A stretch of DNA of 50,420 bases, taken from Candidatus Aminicenantes bacterium. Lineage in GTDB: Bacteria > Acidobacteriota > Aminicenantia > Aminicenantales > UBA4085. Shown here one piece after another: positions 29,385 to 38,239 of this stretch. Where the stretch lies: assembly GCA_016931595.1 (NCBI GenBank), contig JAFGEN010000354.1:1-50420 (forward strand). Direction: 5' to 3'. The translations under genes were made by a program, and so were the position numbers. Positions within the stretch are counted from its first letter, which is position 1. Each line of letters opens with the position of its first letter. The notes under the pieces were generated by a model. It saw only the letters and a program-made list of their open reading frames with translations, was not told the DNA's origin and did no database searches.

Positions 29385-30548
29385 TCACGCATGGAAGGTG
29401 CAAAGAAAATCCGCGAGGGAGAGCGCCTGAATGTTTTCCCGGAGAGGATAGGGCGACGCTACCGGGGCGACGACATAGGCCTTGTCGATACGCAGGTCAT
29501 CCAAGGCCCGCCGGAATCCTTCCCCGACGGCCGGCGCGGTCGAGGCTTTGAACTCGACCGCCGTTCTCGTCCGGCCCTTCTCCAGGATCAGGTCGATTTC
29601 GACGCCCGAAGAGGCGCGAAAAAAATAGCCGTCATGGCCGGGGAATGCCGCCAGGATATTTTCCAAGCCTAAGCCTTCCCAAGACGCTCCGAACATCGGG
29701 TGCCCCATGAGATCGTTGAAGCCCCGAATCCCCGAGAGACAATGCCAAAGGCCCGGATCTCGGAAATACAGCTTGGGCGACTTGACAATCCGCTTCTTTA
29801 AATTGGCATGATAAGGCTGAAGGAGACGGAAAATGTACGTCTGTTCCAGGATCTCGACATAATTCTGGATCGTGTGGTAGGAAAGTCCCAGCGATTCCCC
29901 CAGCTTCGAGAAATTCACAGTCTGGCCGTGGAAATGGGCGCACATCCGCCAGAGACGCTTCAGCCGGGGGCTGGGAACACGGAACCCCATTTGGGGAATA
30001 TCCTTTTCCACGAACGTCCGGATGAAGTTTTCCCTCCAGGCGAAGCTCTCCTCATCATTTTTCGCCAAAAAACTTCGGGGATAGCCGCCACGAAGCCAAT
30101 ATCTCTTGAACGCCCCTTTGTTTGGCCCCAAGACCTCCCCGGCCAGAAACGGCGTCAGCTCCAGGTAGGCGATCCGGCCGGCGAGGGATTCGGAGCTTCG
30201 GTTGATTAAATCCGGCGAGGCCGATCCAAGAAGAAGAACCTGTCCGTTGGTCCCTCGGCGGTCGAGAAGGCTTCTTAAGATGGGAAAGATCTTTGGAAGA
30301 CGCTGAATTTCGTCCAAACAGATGAGCCGGCCGACGTTGTACTCGAAAAAGAGCTCCGGCCTGCTCAGCTTATTGAGATCCTCGTCGCTTTCAAGGTCCA
30401 AGTAGAGGAAACCCGGCAGTCGACCGGCCAGCTTCTTAGCCAGGGTCGATTTGCCGCACTGGCGAGGTCCGAGGATGGCCACCGCCGGATTGGCCCGCAG
30501 GGCCGCAAGGACGCCCGTCTCGAGATTTCGCTCAATATAATCATGCAT
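29385..30548 (-). CDS. AAA+ ATPase with a C-terminal DUF4143/PD-(D/E)xK-like domain (COG1373-type)
   Basis: GPRQCGKST, LDEIQ, LGSAS, ESLAGRI, RGGYP, KSPKLYFRDPG, EIDL...EFK; visibly more AT-rich than its neighbours. Confidence 0.9.
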   Translation of the reverse strand: MHDYIERNLETGVLAALRANPAVAILGPRQCGKSTLAKKLAGRLPGFLYLDLESDEDLNKLSRPELFFEYNVGRLICLDEIQRLPKIFPILRSLLDRRGTNGQVLLLGSASPDLINRSSESLAGRIAYLELTPFLAGEVLGPNKGAFKRYWLRGGYPRSFLAKNDEESFAWRENFIRTFVEKDIPQMGFRVPSPRLKRLWRMCAHFHGQTVNFSKLGESLGLSYHTIQNYVEILEQTYIFRLLQPYHANLKKRIVKSPKLYFRDPGLWHCLSGIRGFNDLMGHPMFGASWEGLGLENILAAFPGHDGYFFRASSGVEIDLILEKGRTRTAVEFKASTAPAVGEGFRRALDDLRIDKAYVVAPVASPYPLRENIQALSLADFLCTFHA

Positions 30549-30554
30549 ATTAGA

Positions 30555-30583
30555 ACCTTATCTTCTATTTGACATAATGTCAA
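30555..30583 (-). promoter_or_regulatory. Promoter of the AAA ATPase with an overlapping palindrome; predicted leaderless transcript
   Basis: Minus strand TTGACA (30583-30578), 17 bp, TAAGGT (30560-30555), 6 nt, then ATG at 30548; perfect palindrome TTGACAT-A-ATGTCAA (30569-30583). Confidence 0.6.
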
Positions 30584-30736
30584 GGATTGACGAGATTAAC
30601 CTCGACCGTGTCTTCGCTGGTTATAATGCCTCGGCAAGCGTCCGGATGCGCCGCGGACGTTCGCGGGACTTCAGGCTTCAGGGATCCCCCGGCCGTCCTC
30701 CTCGATAAGGAGACGCAGGCCACCCCTCTGAAAAAC

Positions 30737-30765
30737 TTGAAATTCCCCCCGGCCCGGTCTATCAT
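30737..30765 (+). promoter_or_regulatory. Sigma70-type promoter for DUF1844-ribF
   Basis: TTGAAA (30737-30742), 17 bp spacer, TATCAT (30760-30765). Confidence 0.6.
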
Positions 30766-30798
30766 GTTCTTTCGCAACGAACAGGAGTCGAATCTCAT

Positions 30799-31110
30799 AT
30801 GCCCGAACATGACCCCAAGGAAGATGTGGACGGCGGAGCGGACAAACCGTTTCTCCCGCCCCTGGATTTCAGCTCGATCATCGCTCCGTTTTACACCCAG
30901 GCCCTGATCAAGCTCGGCCTGATCCCGGACCCGGTCAAGGGCGAGCCCGATGTGAATCTCCCCCTGGCCCGGCGCCTGGTCGACCTTCTCGACCTTCTGG
31001 CCGACCGGACCAAGGGCCGGCTGGAGCCGGAGGAGGAGAAATTTCTCGACTCCGTCCTCTCGCAACTCAAAATGCACTACCTCGAAAAATCCGAGGCCGT
31101 CAAGCTCTGA
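30799..31110 (+). CDS. DUF1844-family protein
   Basis: DFSS...QALIKLGLIPDP...NLPLARRLVDLLDLLADRTKGRL..EE...L.QLKMHY. Confidence 0.85.
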   Translation: MPEHDPKEDVDGGADKPFLPPLDFSSIIAPFYTQALIKLGLIPDPVKGEPDVNLPLARRLVDLLDLLADRTKGRLEPEEEKFLDSVLSQLKMHYLEKSEAVKL

Positions 31111-31114
31111 ACCA

Positions 31115-32041
31115 GTGCGCGTTTTCCGAACCCTGGACTCGATCGAGGCCCCAAAACCGGGCTGGGCCGTGGCCATCGGCAATTTCGACGGCCTCCACCG
31201 CGGCCATCGCCGGATCGTCCGCCGCCTCCGCCGCGAAGCCGCGACGGCCGGCCTTCCCGTCTGCCTCCTGACGTTCACTCCCCATCCGGAAAAAATTTTC
31301 AGCCCCGACCGGATCCTGATGATCCAGACGCTGGACCAACGCCTTCGGGGCCTGTGTCGAATGGGCCTGGAGACAGCGGTGGTCCTTCCCTTCTCCAGGT
31401 CGTTGGCGCGGATGACGGCCGAAGAATTCGCCGCCTCGGTTCTGGCCGGGGCTATGAACGCCCGCCTGGTCGTCGTCGGGGCGGACTTCCGGTTCGGGTC
31501 GAAACGGCGCGGTGATGCGGCCTTTCTGGGAGACGCCGGACGCCTGCTCGGGTTTCGAACGGTCGTCGTCCCTCCCCTGGTCTACGGCGGCAGTGAGGTC
31601 AGCAGCAGCCGCGTTCGAACGGCGCTTGCGGCCGGAAATGTCGAGGACGCGGCCCGCCTTCTCGGCCGAGCCTACGAGATCGAGGGCGAAGTCGTCCAGG
31701 GTTCGGGACGCGGACGAATCATCGGCTTCCCCACGGCCAACCTTCACTCCCCCAATGAAATCCTCCCCCCCGGGGTGTATGCCACCCGCCTCTTCCGGAA
31801 AAAACGGGCCTGGAAGGCCGTGACCAACATCGGCCTCCGGCCGACATTCGGGGAACTCGAACCGACCATAGAAACCCACGTCCTGGGCGTCTCGCCCGAC
31901 CTCTACGGGGCCTACATCCGGCTTGCGTTCCTTTCCCGACTCCGGAACGAGCGAACATTCCGGGGACCGGCCGCCCTGGCCGGCGGCATTCGGGCCGATA
32001 TCGCCGCCGCCCGAAGGGTCTTTCGGCGGCTTGGCCTGTGA
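31115..32041 (+). CDS. ribF: Bifunctional riboflavin kinase/FAD synthetase
   Basis: IGNFDGLHRGH, TFTPHP, VGADFRFG, VSSSRVR, GFPTAN, GVY, NIGLRPT, ETH. Confidence 0.97.
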   Translation: MRVFRTLDSIEAPKPGWAVAIGNFDGLHRGHRRIVRRLRREAATAGLPVCLLTFTPHPEKIFSPDRILMIQTLDQRLRGLCRMGLETAVVLPFSRSLARMTAEEFAASVLAGAMNARLVVVGADFRFGSKRRGDAAFLGDAGRLLGFRTVVVPPLVYGGSEVSSSRVRTALAAGNVEDAARLLGRAYEIEGEVVQGSGRGRIIGFPTANLHSPNEILPPGVYATRLFRKKRAWKAVTNIGLRPTFGELEPTIETHVLGVSPDLYGAYIRLAFLSRLRNERTFRGPAALAGGIRADIAAARRVFRRLGL

Positions 32042-32081
32042 AGGTTCCTTATGGTATAAAAGACGGCGTCAGGAGAGAGTC

Positions 32082-32645
32082 ATGACCAATAAAATCAAGG
32101 CCGGCATCATGGATGCGGCCCGGATCAAGCGCGTCCTCGACCGCATGGCCACCGAGATCCTCGAACGCAACCGCAACCTGAAAAACCTGGTGATCATCGG
32201 CATCCCGACCCGGGGCGTTTCCCTGGCCAAGCGGATCGCCCGGACCGTCAAGGACCTGGAAAACGTGGAGATCCCCGTCGGGATCATCGACATCACCCGG
32301 TACCGGGACGATTACGCCGCTTCCTCCACCCGGGCGACATCGTCGAAATCCAAGATCCCCTTCCCGATCGAGAAAAAAGACGTCATCCTGGTGGACGATG
32401 TCCTGTTCACCGGCCGGACGATCCGGGCGGCGATGGAGGGGCTTTTCGACCTCGGCCGCCCCAGGAGCATCCAGCTGCTGGTCCTGATTGACCGGGGCCA
32501 CCGGGAGTTGCCCATCCGGGCCGATTATGTCGGCAAGGTCCTCCCGACTTCGCGCCGGGAGATGGTCCGGGTCGACCTCAAGGAAATCGACGAACACGAT
32601 GACGTCCTCATCACCGAGCCGGTCGCCCTCGGCCGGAAACGCTGA
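32082..32645 (+). CDS. pyrR: Pyrimidine operon regulator/uracil phosphoribosyltransferase
   Basis: RMATEILE, GIPTRG, DITRYRDD, LVDDVLFTGRTIRAA, DRGHRELPIRADYVGK; start at ATG 32082 after AGGAG. Confidence 0.96.
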   Translation: MTNKIKAGIMDAARIKRVLDRMATEILERNRNLKNLVIIGIPTRGVSLAKRIARTVKDLENVEIPVGIIDITRYRDDYAASSTRATSSKSKIPFPIEKKDVILVDDVLFTGRTIRAAMEGLFDLGRPRSIQLLVLIDRGHRELPIRADYVGKVLPTSRREMVRVDLKEIDEHDDVLITEPVALGRKR

Positions 32646-32649
32646 CATC

Positions 32650-33933
32650 TTGAGAACCCTGGTCCGAAACGGCCGGCTGATCGATCCACGCTCGGGGATG
32701 GACGAAGTCGGCGACATCCTCCTCGATGGAGACAGGATCGAAGCCGTCGGCGGCCGGATCGAGGCGGCCGGAGCCGGGTCCATCGAGGCTTCGGGGCTGG
32801 TTGTCGCCCCAGGCTTTATCGATATCCATGTCCATCTGCGCGAACCCGGCCAGACCCACAAGGAAACGATCGCCACCGGGGCCCGGGCCGCGGCCCGGGG
32901 CGGCTTCACCTCGGTCTGCGCCATGCCCAACACCTCCCCGGTCAACGATTCGCCCGAGGTGACGGCCTATATCTTGAAGGCGGCGGCCGGGGCCGTTGTC
33001 CGGGTCTTCCCGATCGCCGCCCTGACCCGCGGCCTACGGGGCGAGGAACCGGTCGACTTCGCCGCCCTCCGCCGGGCCGGCGCGGTCGCCTTTTCCGACG
33101 ACGGCCGGTGCATTCAGGACGAGGCCCTGATGAAAAAGGTCATGGCCTCGGCCCGGGACCTTGACGCCCTGGTCATCGACCATTGCGAGGACCAAGGCCT
33201 CTTCGGGAACGGCGTCGTCAATGACGGCCCCCTCGCCCGCCGCCTGAACCTCCCCGGCATCCCGGCTTCGGCCGAGGAAACGATCGTGGCCCGGGACATC
33301 CGGCTGGCCGGGGAGGGGCTGGGCCGAGTTCACATCGCCCATCTCAGCACCCGTGGCTCAGCCCGGCTGGTGGCCGAGGCCCGCAGGCGCGGCGTCCCGG
33401 TCACAGCCGAGGTCACCCCCCATCACCTCCTTCTCACGGAAAACGAGGTCGAGGCCGGCGGGACAAATTTCAAGATGAACCCGCCGCTGCGGTCCGCCGA
33501 GGATGCGGCCGCCCTGATCGAGGCCGTCCGGAACGGGGAGATCGACGTCTTTGCCACCGACCACGCCCCCCATGCCGCGGCCGAAAAGGCCCGGGGAATG
33601 AAGGAAGCGCCCTTCGGCATCGTCGGGCTGGAAACGGCCGTTCCGCTGCTTCTGGACCGACTTGTCCGGACCGAAATCATTCCCCTCCTACGGTTCGTGG
33701 AGATGTGGTCGACTCGGCCGGCCGAGATCATGAAATGGGCGGACAAGGGCCGCCTCGAGCCGGGAGCGGCGGCGGACCTGACCCTGCTCGATTTGAACCG
33801 CCCGATGACGGTCGACCCTGAGCGATTCTCGTCCCTCGGACGGAATACGCCGTTCGCCGGCTGGACCCTCCGGGGTGCGCCGGTGATGACGATTGTCGGA
33901 GGACGAACCGCCCACGCGGAAGTGCCATGTTGA
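32650..33933 (+). CDS. pyrC: Dihydroorotase (type I)
   Basis: PGFIDIHVHLREPG, MPNT, FSDDG, HCED, HIAHLS, EVTPHHL, KMNPPLR, ATDHAPH, PFGIVGLET; TTG start at 32650 inferred. Confidence 0.94.
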   Translation: MRTLVRNGRLIDPRSGMDEVGDILLDGDRIEAVGGRIEAAGAGSIEASGLVVAPGFIDIHVHLREPGQTHKETIATGARAAARGGFTSVCAMPNTSPVNDSPEVTAYILKAAAGAVVRVFPIAALTRGLRGEEPVDFAALRRAGAVAFSDDGRCIQDEALMKKVMASARDLDALVIDHCEDQGLFGNGVVNDGPLARRLNLPGIPASAEETIVARDIRLAGEGLGRVHIAHLSTRGSARLVAEARRRGVPVTAEVTPHHLLLTENEVEAGGTNFKMNPPLRSAEDAAALIEAVRNGEIDVFATDHAPHAAAEKARGMKEAPFGIVGLETAVPLLLDRLVRTEIIPLLRFVEMWSTRPAEIMKWADKGRLEPGAAADLTLLDLNRPMTVDPERFSSLGRNTPFAGWTLRGAPVMTIVGGRTAHAEVPC

Positions 33934-34691
33934 GAACATTCTTCAGGAAAGCCAAAGCCAAGCCCGATCACGACCTGGAAAAGAGGCTCGACTACCGGTT
34001 CAAGGACCAGACCCTTTTTCACCTGGCTCTCACCCACAGCTCCCATGCTTACGAGTCCAAGGGCCTTCCCCTGGACAACGAACGCCTTGAATTCCTCGGC
34101 GACTCGGTCGTCGGGCTGATCGCCGCCGATTTTTTCTACCGGCTGTATCCCGAGGCCAACGAAGGCGACCTGTCCAAGTTCAAGTCTTCGGCCACCAGCA
34201 CGGTGGGGCTCTCCGAATACGCCCAGCAGATTCGGCTGGACGAGGTGATCCACTTGGGCAAGGGCGAAGAAAAGAGCGGCGGACGGAAAAAGAGCACCAT
34301 CCTGGCCGGGTCGTTTGAGGCCCTTCTCGGGGCCATCTTCATCGACGGCGGGTACGAGGCCGCCCGGACGGTCTACGAAAAATTACTCGATGGGTCCTAC
34401 GCCAAGATCAAGAAGCAGGGGCTGGAAATCAACAACTACAAGTCGGCCCTCCAGGAATTCCTCCAGAAGGAGGACCTGCCGGCTCCCCAGTACAAGACGG
34501 TGACGGTCACCGGTCCCGACCATCGCAAAGAGTTCGTCGTCGAGGTCGTGGTCAACAAGACCGCCTTGGGCAAGGCCAGGGGGCCCTCGCGCAAGGTCGC
34601 CGAGCAGAAAGCCGCCGAAAACGCCCTTAAAAGCTTTTTCGGGGCGCGGATCAAGGCCATCACCCCGGAAACATTTTTATTTAAATCCTGA
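33927..34691 (+). CDS. rnc: Ribonuclease III
   Basis: ALTHSS, NERLEFLGDSV, EGDLSK, FEALLGAIFIDGG, and a dsRBD (NYKSALQE...GPDH...AEQKAA). Confidence 0.98.
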   Translation: MLRTFFRKAKAKPDHDLEKRLDYRFKDQTLFHLALTHSSHAYESKGLPLDNERLEFLGDSVVGLIAADFFYRLYPEANEGDLSKFKSSATSTVGLSEYAQQIRLDEVIHLGKGEEKSGGRKKSTILAGSFEALLGAIFIDGGYEAARTVYEKLLDGSYAKIKKQGLEINNYKSALQEFLQKEDLPAPQYKTVTVTGPDHRKEFVVEVVVNKTALGKARGPSRKVAEQKAAENALKSFFGARIKAITPETFLFKS

Positions 34692-34703
34692 CCGGCTCCG
34701 CGC

Positions 34704-35735
34704 TCACTTGTTGCTGAGCAGGGCCTCGAACCAGCGCATCGACGGGATGTTCGAGGAAATAATCTTCATCACCACGATGACCGGCACGGACAGGATCATC
34801 CCCGGCACGCCCCACATCCAGCCCCAGAAAAACAGGGCGATGAGGATGGCCAGGGGGCTCAGGTCCAGGCCGGTCCCCATGAGCCTCGGCTCGATGATCG
34901 AACCGATAACGGCATCGGTGACGAACAGGATGGCCAGCATCCAGAACGCCGGCCAGAACCGTCCAAACTGGAGGAGGGCGAAGGCGAAGGGCAGGACCTT
35001 GGAGATGAACGAGCCGATGTTGGGAATGTAGTTCAGGACGAAGGTGATGAATCCCCAGAGGATGGCGTATCGGACCCCGAAGGCCATGATGATCAGCATG
35101 GAGATCAAGCCTGAGGCGAGGCTGATCACGGTCTTGAGAGCCAAGTACTTCTGGATCTGGCGGTCGATGCTGGCGGCCATCTCGACGATTTGGCCCGATT
35201 TGCGGGGGTTGGTCGAAAAGCGGCGGATCTTGCCGTCGAGCTTGTGCCGGCCGGCGATCATGAAGAACAGGAAGATCAGGACAAGGAAGATCGTCGAGAG
35301 GATCGAAACGAACGTTCCAATCGAATTCAGAAGGAAAGTGCCGACCTTGCCGATATCCAGGGTCTTGGCCCAGGCCATCGGGTCGAATTCGCCGCCGCCG
35401 GGGAGCTCGATCGTCTTGCTCCAGCCCTCGATCAATTCCTTGAGCTTGTTCCCGTAATCGGGAAGGTCCGAAGCCAGGGCCTTGCCGCTGGTGTAGAAGA
35501 GGAGGGCCATCAGGTAGAGGATGACGAAGGCGAAGAGGATCACCAGGATCAGGGACAGGGTCCGGGACAACTTGATCCTCATCAGGAAATCCTGGACGGG
35601 GGCCAGGATGAAATAAATGAACAGGGCTAAAAACAGGGGGAAGAGGACGGGCTCGGCCGTCTTGAACACGAAGCCGAGGACGGCCGCGGCGACGATCCAG
35701 GCGGCGATCGTCAGGGCCTTGTTCTCTTTGCTCAT
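34704..35735 (-). CDS. AI-2E family transporter
   Basis: Multi-TM; YLALKT, LNYIPNIGS, IEPRLMG..LDLSPL, FWGWMWGVPGMILSVP. TACAAT lies 6 nt before the ATG (probably leaderless). Confidence 0.9.
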   Translation of the reverse strand: MSKENKALTIAAWIVAAAVLGFVFKTAEPVLFPLFLALFIYFILAPVQDFLMRIKLSRTLSLILVILFAFVILYLMALLFYTSGKALASDLPDYGNKLKELIEGWSKTIELPGGGEFDPMAWAKTLDIGKVGTFLLNSIGTFVSILSTIFLVLIFLFFMIAGRHKLDGKIRRFSTNPRKSGQIVEMAASIDRQIQKYLALKTVISLASGLISMLIIMAFGVRYAILWGFITFVLNYIPNIGSFISKVLPFAFALLQFGRFWPAFWMLAILFVTDAVIGSIIEPRLMGTGLDLSPLAILIALFFWGWMWGVPGMILSVPVIVVMKIISSNIPSMRWFEALLSNK

Positions 35736-35793
35736 GGGCGTATTGTAAGGCTATCGGGGACCCCAGGTAAAGAGGGTCCTCCTCCCCCCCGAA

Positions 35794-35839
35794 TATCACC
35801 CCTGACGGGCATTGACCTGAGTCTTGACTTGAATATAAT
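35794..35839 (+). promoter_or_regulatory. Promoter of the REC-GGDEF gene with an upstream TATCACCC element
   Basis: TATCACCC (35794-35801), 9 bp, ATTGACC; TTGACC (35812-35817), 16 bp, TATAAT (35834-35839). Confidence 0.6.
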
Positions 35840-35913
35840 GAGAGGCGTTTGGATGTCTATTGTTCGAAATCGAACGGCGGCCAAATCCGAGGACGCCGGA
35901 GGATTAAAGCCGG

Positions 35914-36903
35914 ATGTCTCCTCTTCCTTCGGTCCTGATCGCGGAAGACGATCCGATATCCAGTCGGATTCTGGAGAAAAACCTCAGGTCCTGGGGATAT
36001 GAAACGACGGTCGCCCGCAACGGCAACCAGGCATGGGAAACCCTCCGAGGCCCGACGACCAGGCTGGCTCTTCTCGACTGGATGATGCCGGGAGCCGAAG
36101 GCCCCGAACTGTGCCGGCGGATCCGGGCGCTGAACAAGCCGGGTTATACCTACATCATCCTCCTGACCTCCCGCGACAGCGTCCAGGACATCATCGACGG
36201 CCTGGAAGCGGGAGCCGACGACTTCATGACCAAACCGGTGAATTTCGCCGAGCTGAGGGCGCGGCTTCAAACGGGAGGACGGATCATCGCCCTGGAGGAC
36301 AAGCTCCTCGATTCTCAGAAACGGCTGTTTGAACTGGCCACCCGGGACAGTTTGACCGGGATCTGGAACCGTGCGACAATCCTCCGTTTTCTTTCGGATG
36401 AAATGGCCCACTGCCGGCGGGGCGGCGACTATTCCCTCAGCACCATTCTCATCGACGTCGACTATTTTAAAAAAATCAACGATACCCATGGGCACCTGGT
36501 CGGCGACAAGGTCCTCAGCAAGGTCACGTCTTGCCTGGAAAAACACATTCGTCCGTACGACAAGGTCGGCCGGTACGGCGGAGACGAATTCCTGATCGTT
36601 TTACCAAACTGCAGCCTGTATCACGTCGCCGTCGTCGCCGAGCGACTCCGGACGGCCGTGGAAAAACTGAAAATCCGGGTCGAGGGGGGGGTCCTGAACC
36701 TCTCCCTGTCCCTGGGCTGTGCCTCATCGGAATGCTTCCGCCGCGCAGCCGGTGAGCGGATGATCAAGGAAAGCGACCGGGCTCTCTACAAAGCCAAGCA
36801 AGAAGGACGCAACCGCGTCGGGCTCTGCTCAGAGCTCAAAGGCCCGAAAGACAACCGGAAAGAAAAGAAGAAAGGAGCCCGCCGTGTCATCGAATCCAAG
36901 TGA
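35914..36903 (+). CDS. Response-regulator diguanylate cyclase (REC-GGDEF)
   Basis: Intact receiver (IAEDD, LLDWMMP, LLTS, TKP); DSLTG, DVDYFKKINDTHGHLVGD, I-site RPYD, A-site GGDEF. Confidence 0.95.
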   Translation: MSPLPSVLIAEDDPISSRILEKNLRSWGYETTVARNGNQAWETLRGPTTRLALLDWMMPGAEGPELCRRIRALNKPGYTYIILLTSRDSVQDIIDGLEAGADDFMTKPVNFAELRARLQTGGRIIALEDKLLDSQKRLFELATRDSLTGIWNRATILRFLSDEMAHCRRGGDYSLSTILIDVDYFKKINDTHGHLVGDKVLSKVTSCLEKHIRPYDKVGRYGGDEFLIVLPNCSLYHVAVVAERLRTAVEKLKIRVEGGVLNLSLSLGCASSECFRRAAGERMIKESDRALYKAKQEGRNRVGLCSELKGPKDNRKEKKKGARRVIESK

Positions 36904-37231
36904 ATCATCCCCCCTGAATCGAGCTGAAGCGTTGGAACGCGTCGGCGGCGACGAGGCCTTCCTGGAGGAATTGCTGTCGATTTACCAGGAGGAATTCGCC
37001 GAGAAGTCTCCCGCCCTGGCCGAGGCTCTGGCCAACCAGGACGCCAAGTCCGTCCGGGAAATCGGCCATTACATCAAGGGCGCCTCGGCCAACCTGAGCC
37101 TGCCTGGGCTCCAGGCGGCCTCCTTCGATATCGAAAAAGCCGGGGCTGATGGCAGGCTCGAGGATGCCAAGGCGGCCTACCAGACCCTGCTTTCCGAATA
37201 CGATCGTTTAAAAAAGCACTTAGCCGGCTGA
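36884..37231 (+). CDS. Stand-alone Hpt phosphotransfer protein
   Basis: ALERVGGD...GHYIKGASANL (HxxKGxS); GTG start overlapping the cyclase end. Confidence 0.9.
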   Translation: MSSNPSESSPLNRAEALERVGGDEAFLEELLSIYQEEFAEKSPALAEALANQDAKSVREIGHYIKGASANLSLPGLQAASFDIEKAGADGRLEDAKAAYQTLLSEYDRLKKHLAG

Positions 37232-37242
37232 GCCGCCGAAGA

Positions 37243-38133
37243 TCATTTTCCGGAGAGGGCCTTGGCCGTCCCCCGGATGGTTTTTTCCGCCGTTTCCATC
37301 GCCCCATCGGTGACCTTGACCGCTCCGACGACGTAACGCCCTTCCTTGACCGCAAGAATGTTCTCCAGGTAAGGGTCCTTCAGCCGGATGATTTCGCCCG
37401 AAGCCGGGTCGAGACCCGCCCCCTTGGCAAAATGGCCGGCGATGGCGGCCAAGGTCTTGGCCGCCTGCTCGGGAAGGGGCGTTTCGATGACAAAGGCGTC
37501 GAATTCCCCCGACTCCGCGGTCCGATAAGTGGCGACATATCCCCGGGTGAGAAAGGCCAGTCCTAGAAAATCCCGGAGGATGAATTTTTCGCTGTTGGCG
37601 ACACGGCCTGCGGGAGCAAAGGCCCGGACCGGAAGCGGGAACGTTCCCGGTTCGGCGATTCCCTTGGCCACGGCCGAGGCGAACGCCTTCAGAGATTCGG
37701 ACGTCCTGTCCCCGGCTTCATAGACCATGAGCTTGACGTAATATCGGCCGGAGAAAAAGTTTAGGACTTCGTCCTCGATGTAGCCCTGGACGCCGAACGG
37801 GAGAAATCGGCTTTCGGGGTAACGCTCCGAGCCATAGATCCCGAAGGCATGATCGGGAGCGCCCATGTCGTAGATCTCCACGGTCATCTCCGCCTTTCCG
37901 CCCGCCCCCCGGTACCGTCCGACGGCCAGCTCGATGAAATTGTAACTCAAGAAATTCTCGGCGGCCCCGTTGATATACTCGAAAAGCGTTTCGGGAACAT
38001 ATGTCTGGGGCGGTTCCGCGGCGGACCATCCATCGACTCCGGGAAGCAGCGAGGAGACCTGCTGGGCCGGTAAATATCCCGCGGCCAGAAAGAGAAGAAC
38101 GATCGCCGTCTTGGTCATTCGGGTGGTGTGCAT
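37243..38133 (-). CDS. Secreted hypothetical protein (DUF6599-like)
   Basis: Signal peptide; LFEYINGAAE, VEIYDMG...AFGIY..ER; start placed at ATG 38133 after AGGAGG. Confidence 0.7.
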   Translation of the reverse strand: MHTTRMTKTAIVLLFLAAGYLPAQQVSSLLPGVDGWSAAEPPQTYVPETLFEYINGAAENFLSYNFIELAVGRYRGAGGKAEMTVEIYDMGAPDHAFGIYGSERYPESRFLPFGVQGYIEDEVLNFFSGRYYVKLMVYEAGDRTSESLKAFASAVAKGIAEPGTFPLPVRAFAPAGRVANSEKFILRDFLGLAFLTRGYVATYRTAESGEFDAFVIETPLPEQAAKTLAAIAGHFAKGAGLDPASGEIIRLKDPYLENILAVKEGRYVVGAVKVTDGAMETAEKTIRGTAKALSGK

Positions 38134-38239
38134 ACCGGCCTCCTGGAAAACGAATCTCGGGCCGGTATTGTACCCCGGGGACGAAACCGGAGACAAGCTC
38201 GGGTGGGGAATTCCGATAAAAGAGGTATAATAGGACCCG

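Noticed and set aside
30660-30712. Minus-strand CTTATCGAG...GAAGCC resembling a SAM-I riboswitch start, and GGACTTCA resembling a tRNA-Sec anticodon arm
   Set aside because: No GCAACC/GTGC core or P1 partner, and no cloverleaf, T-loop or CCA.
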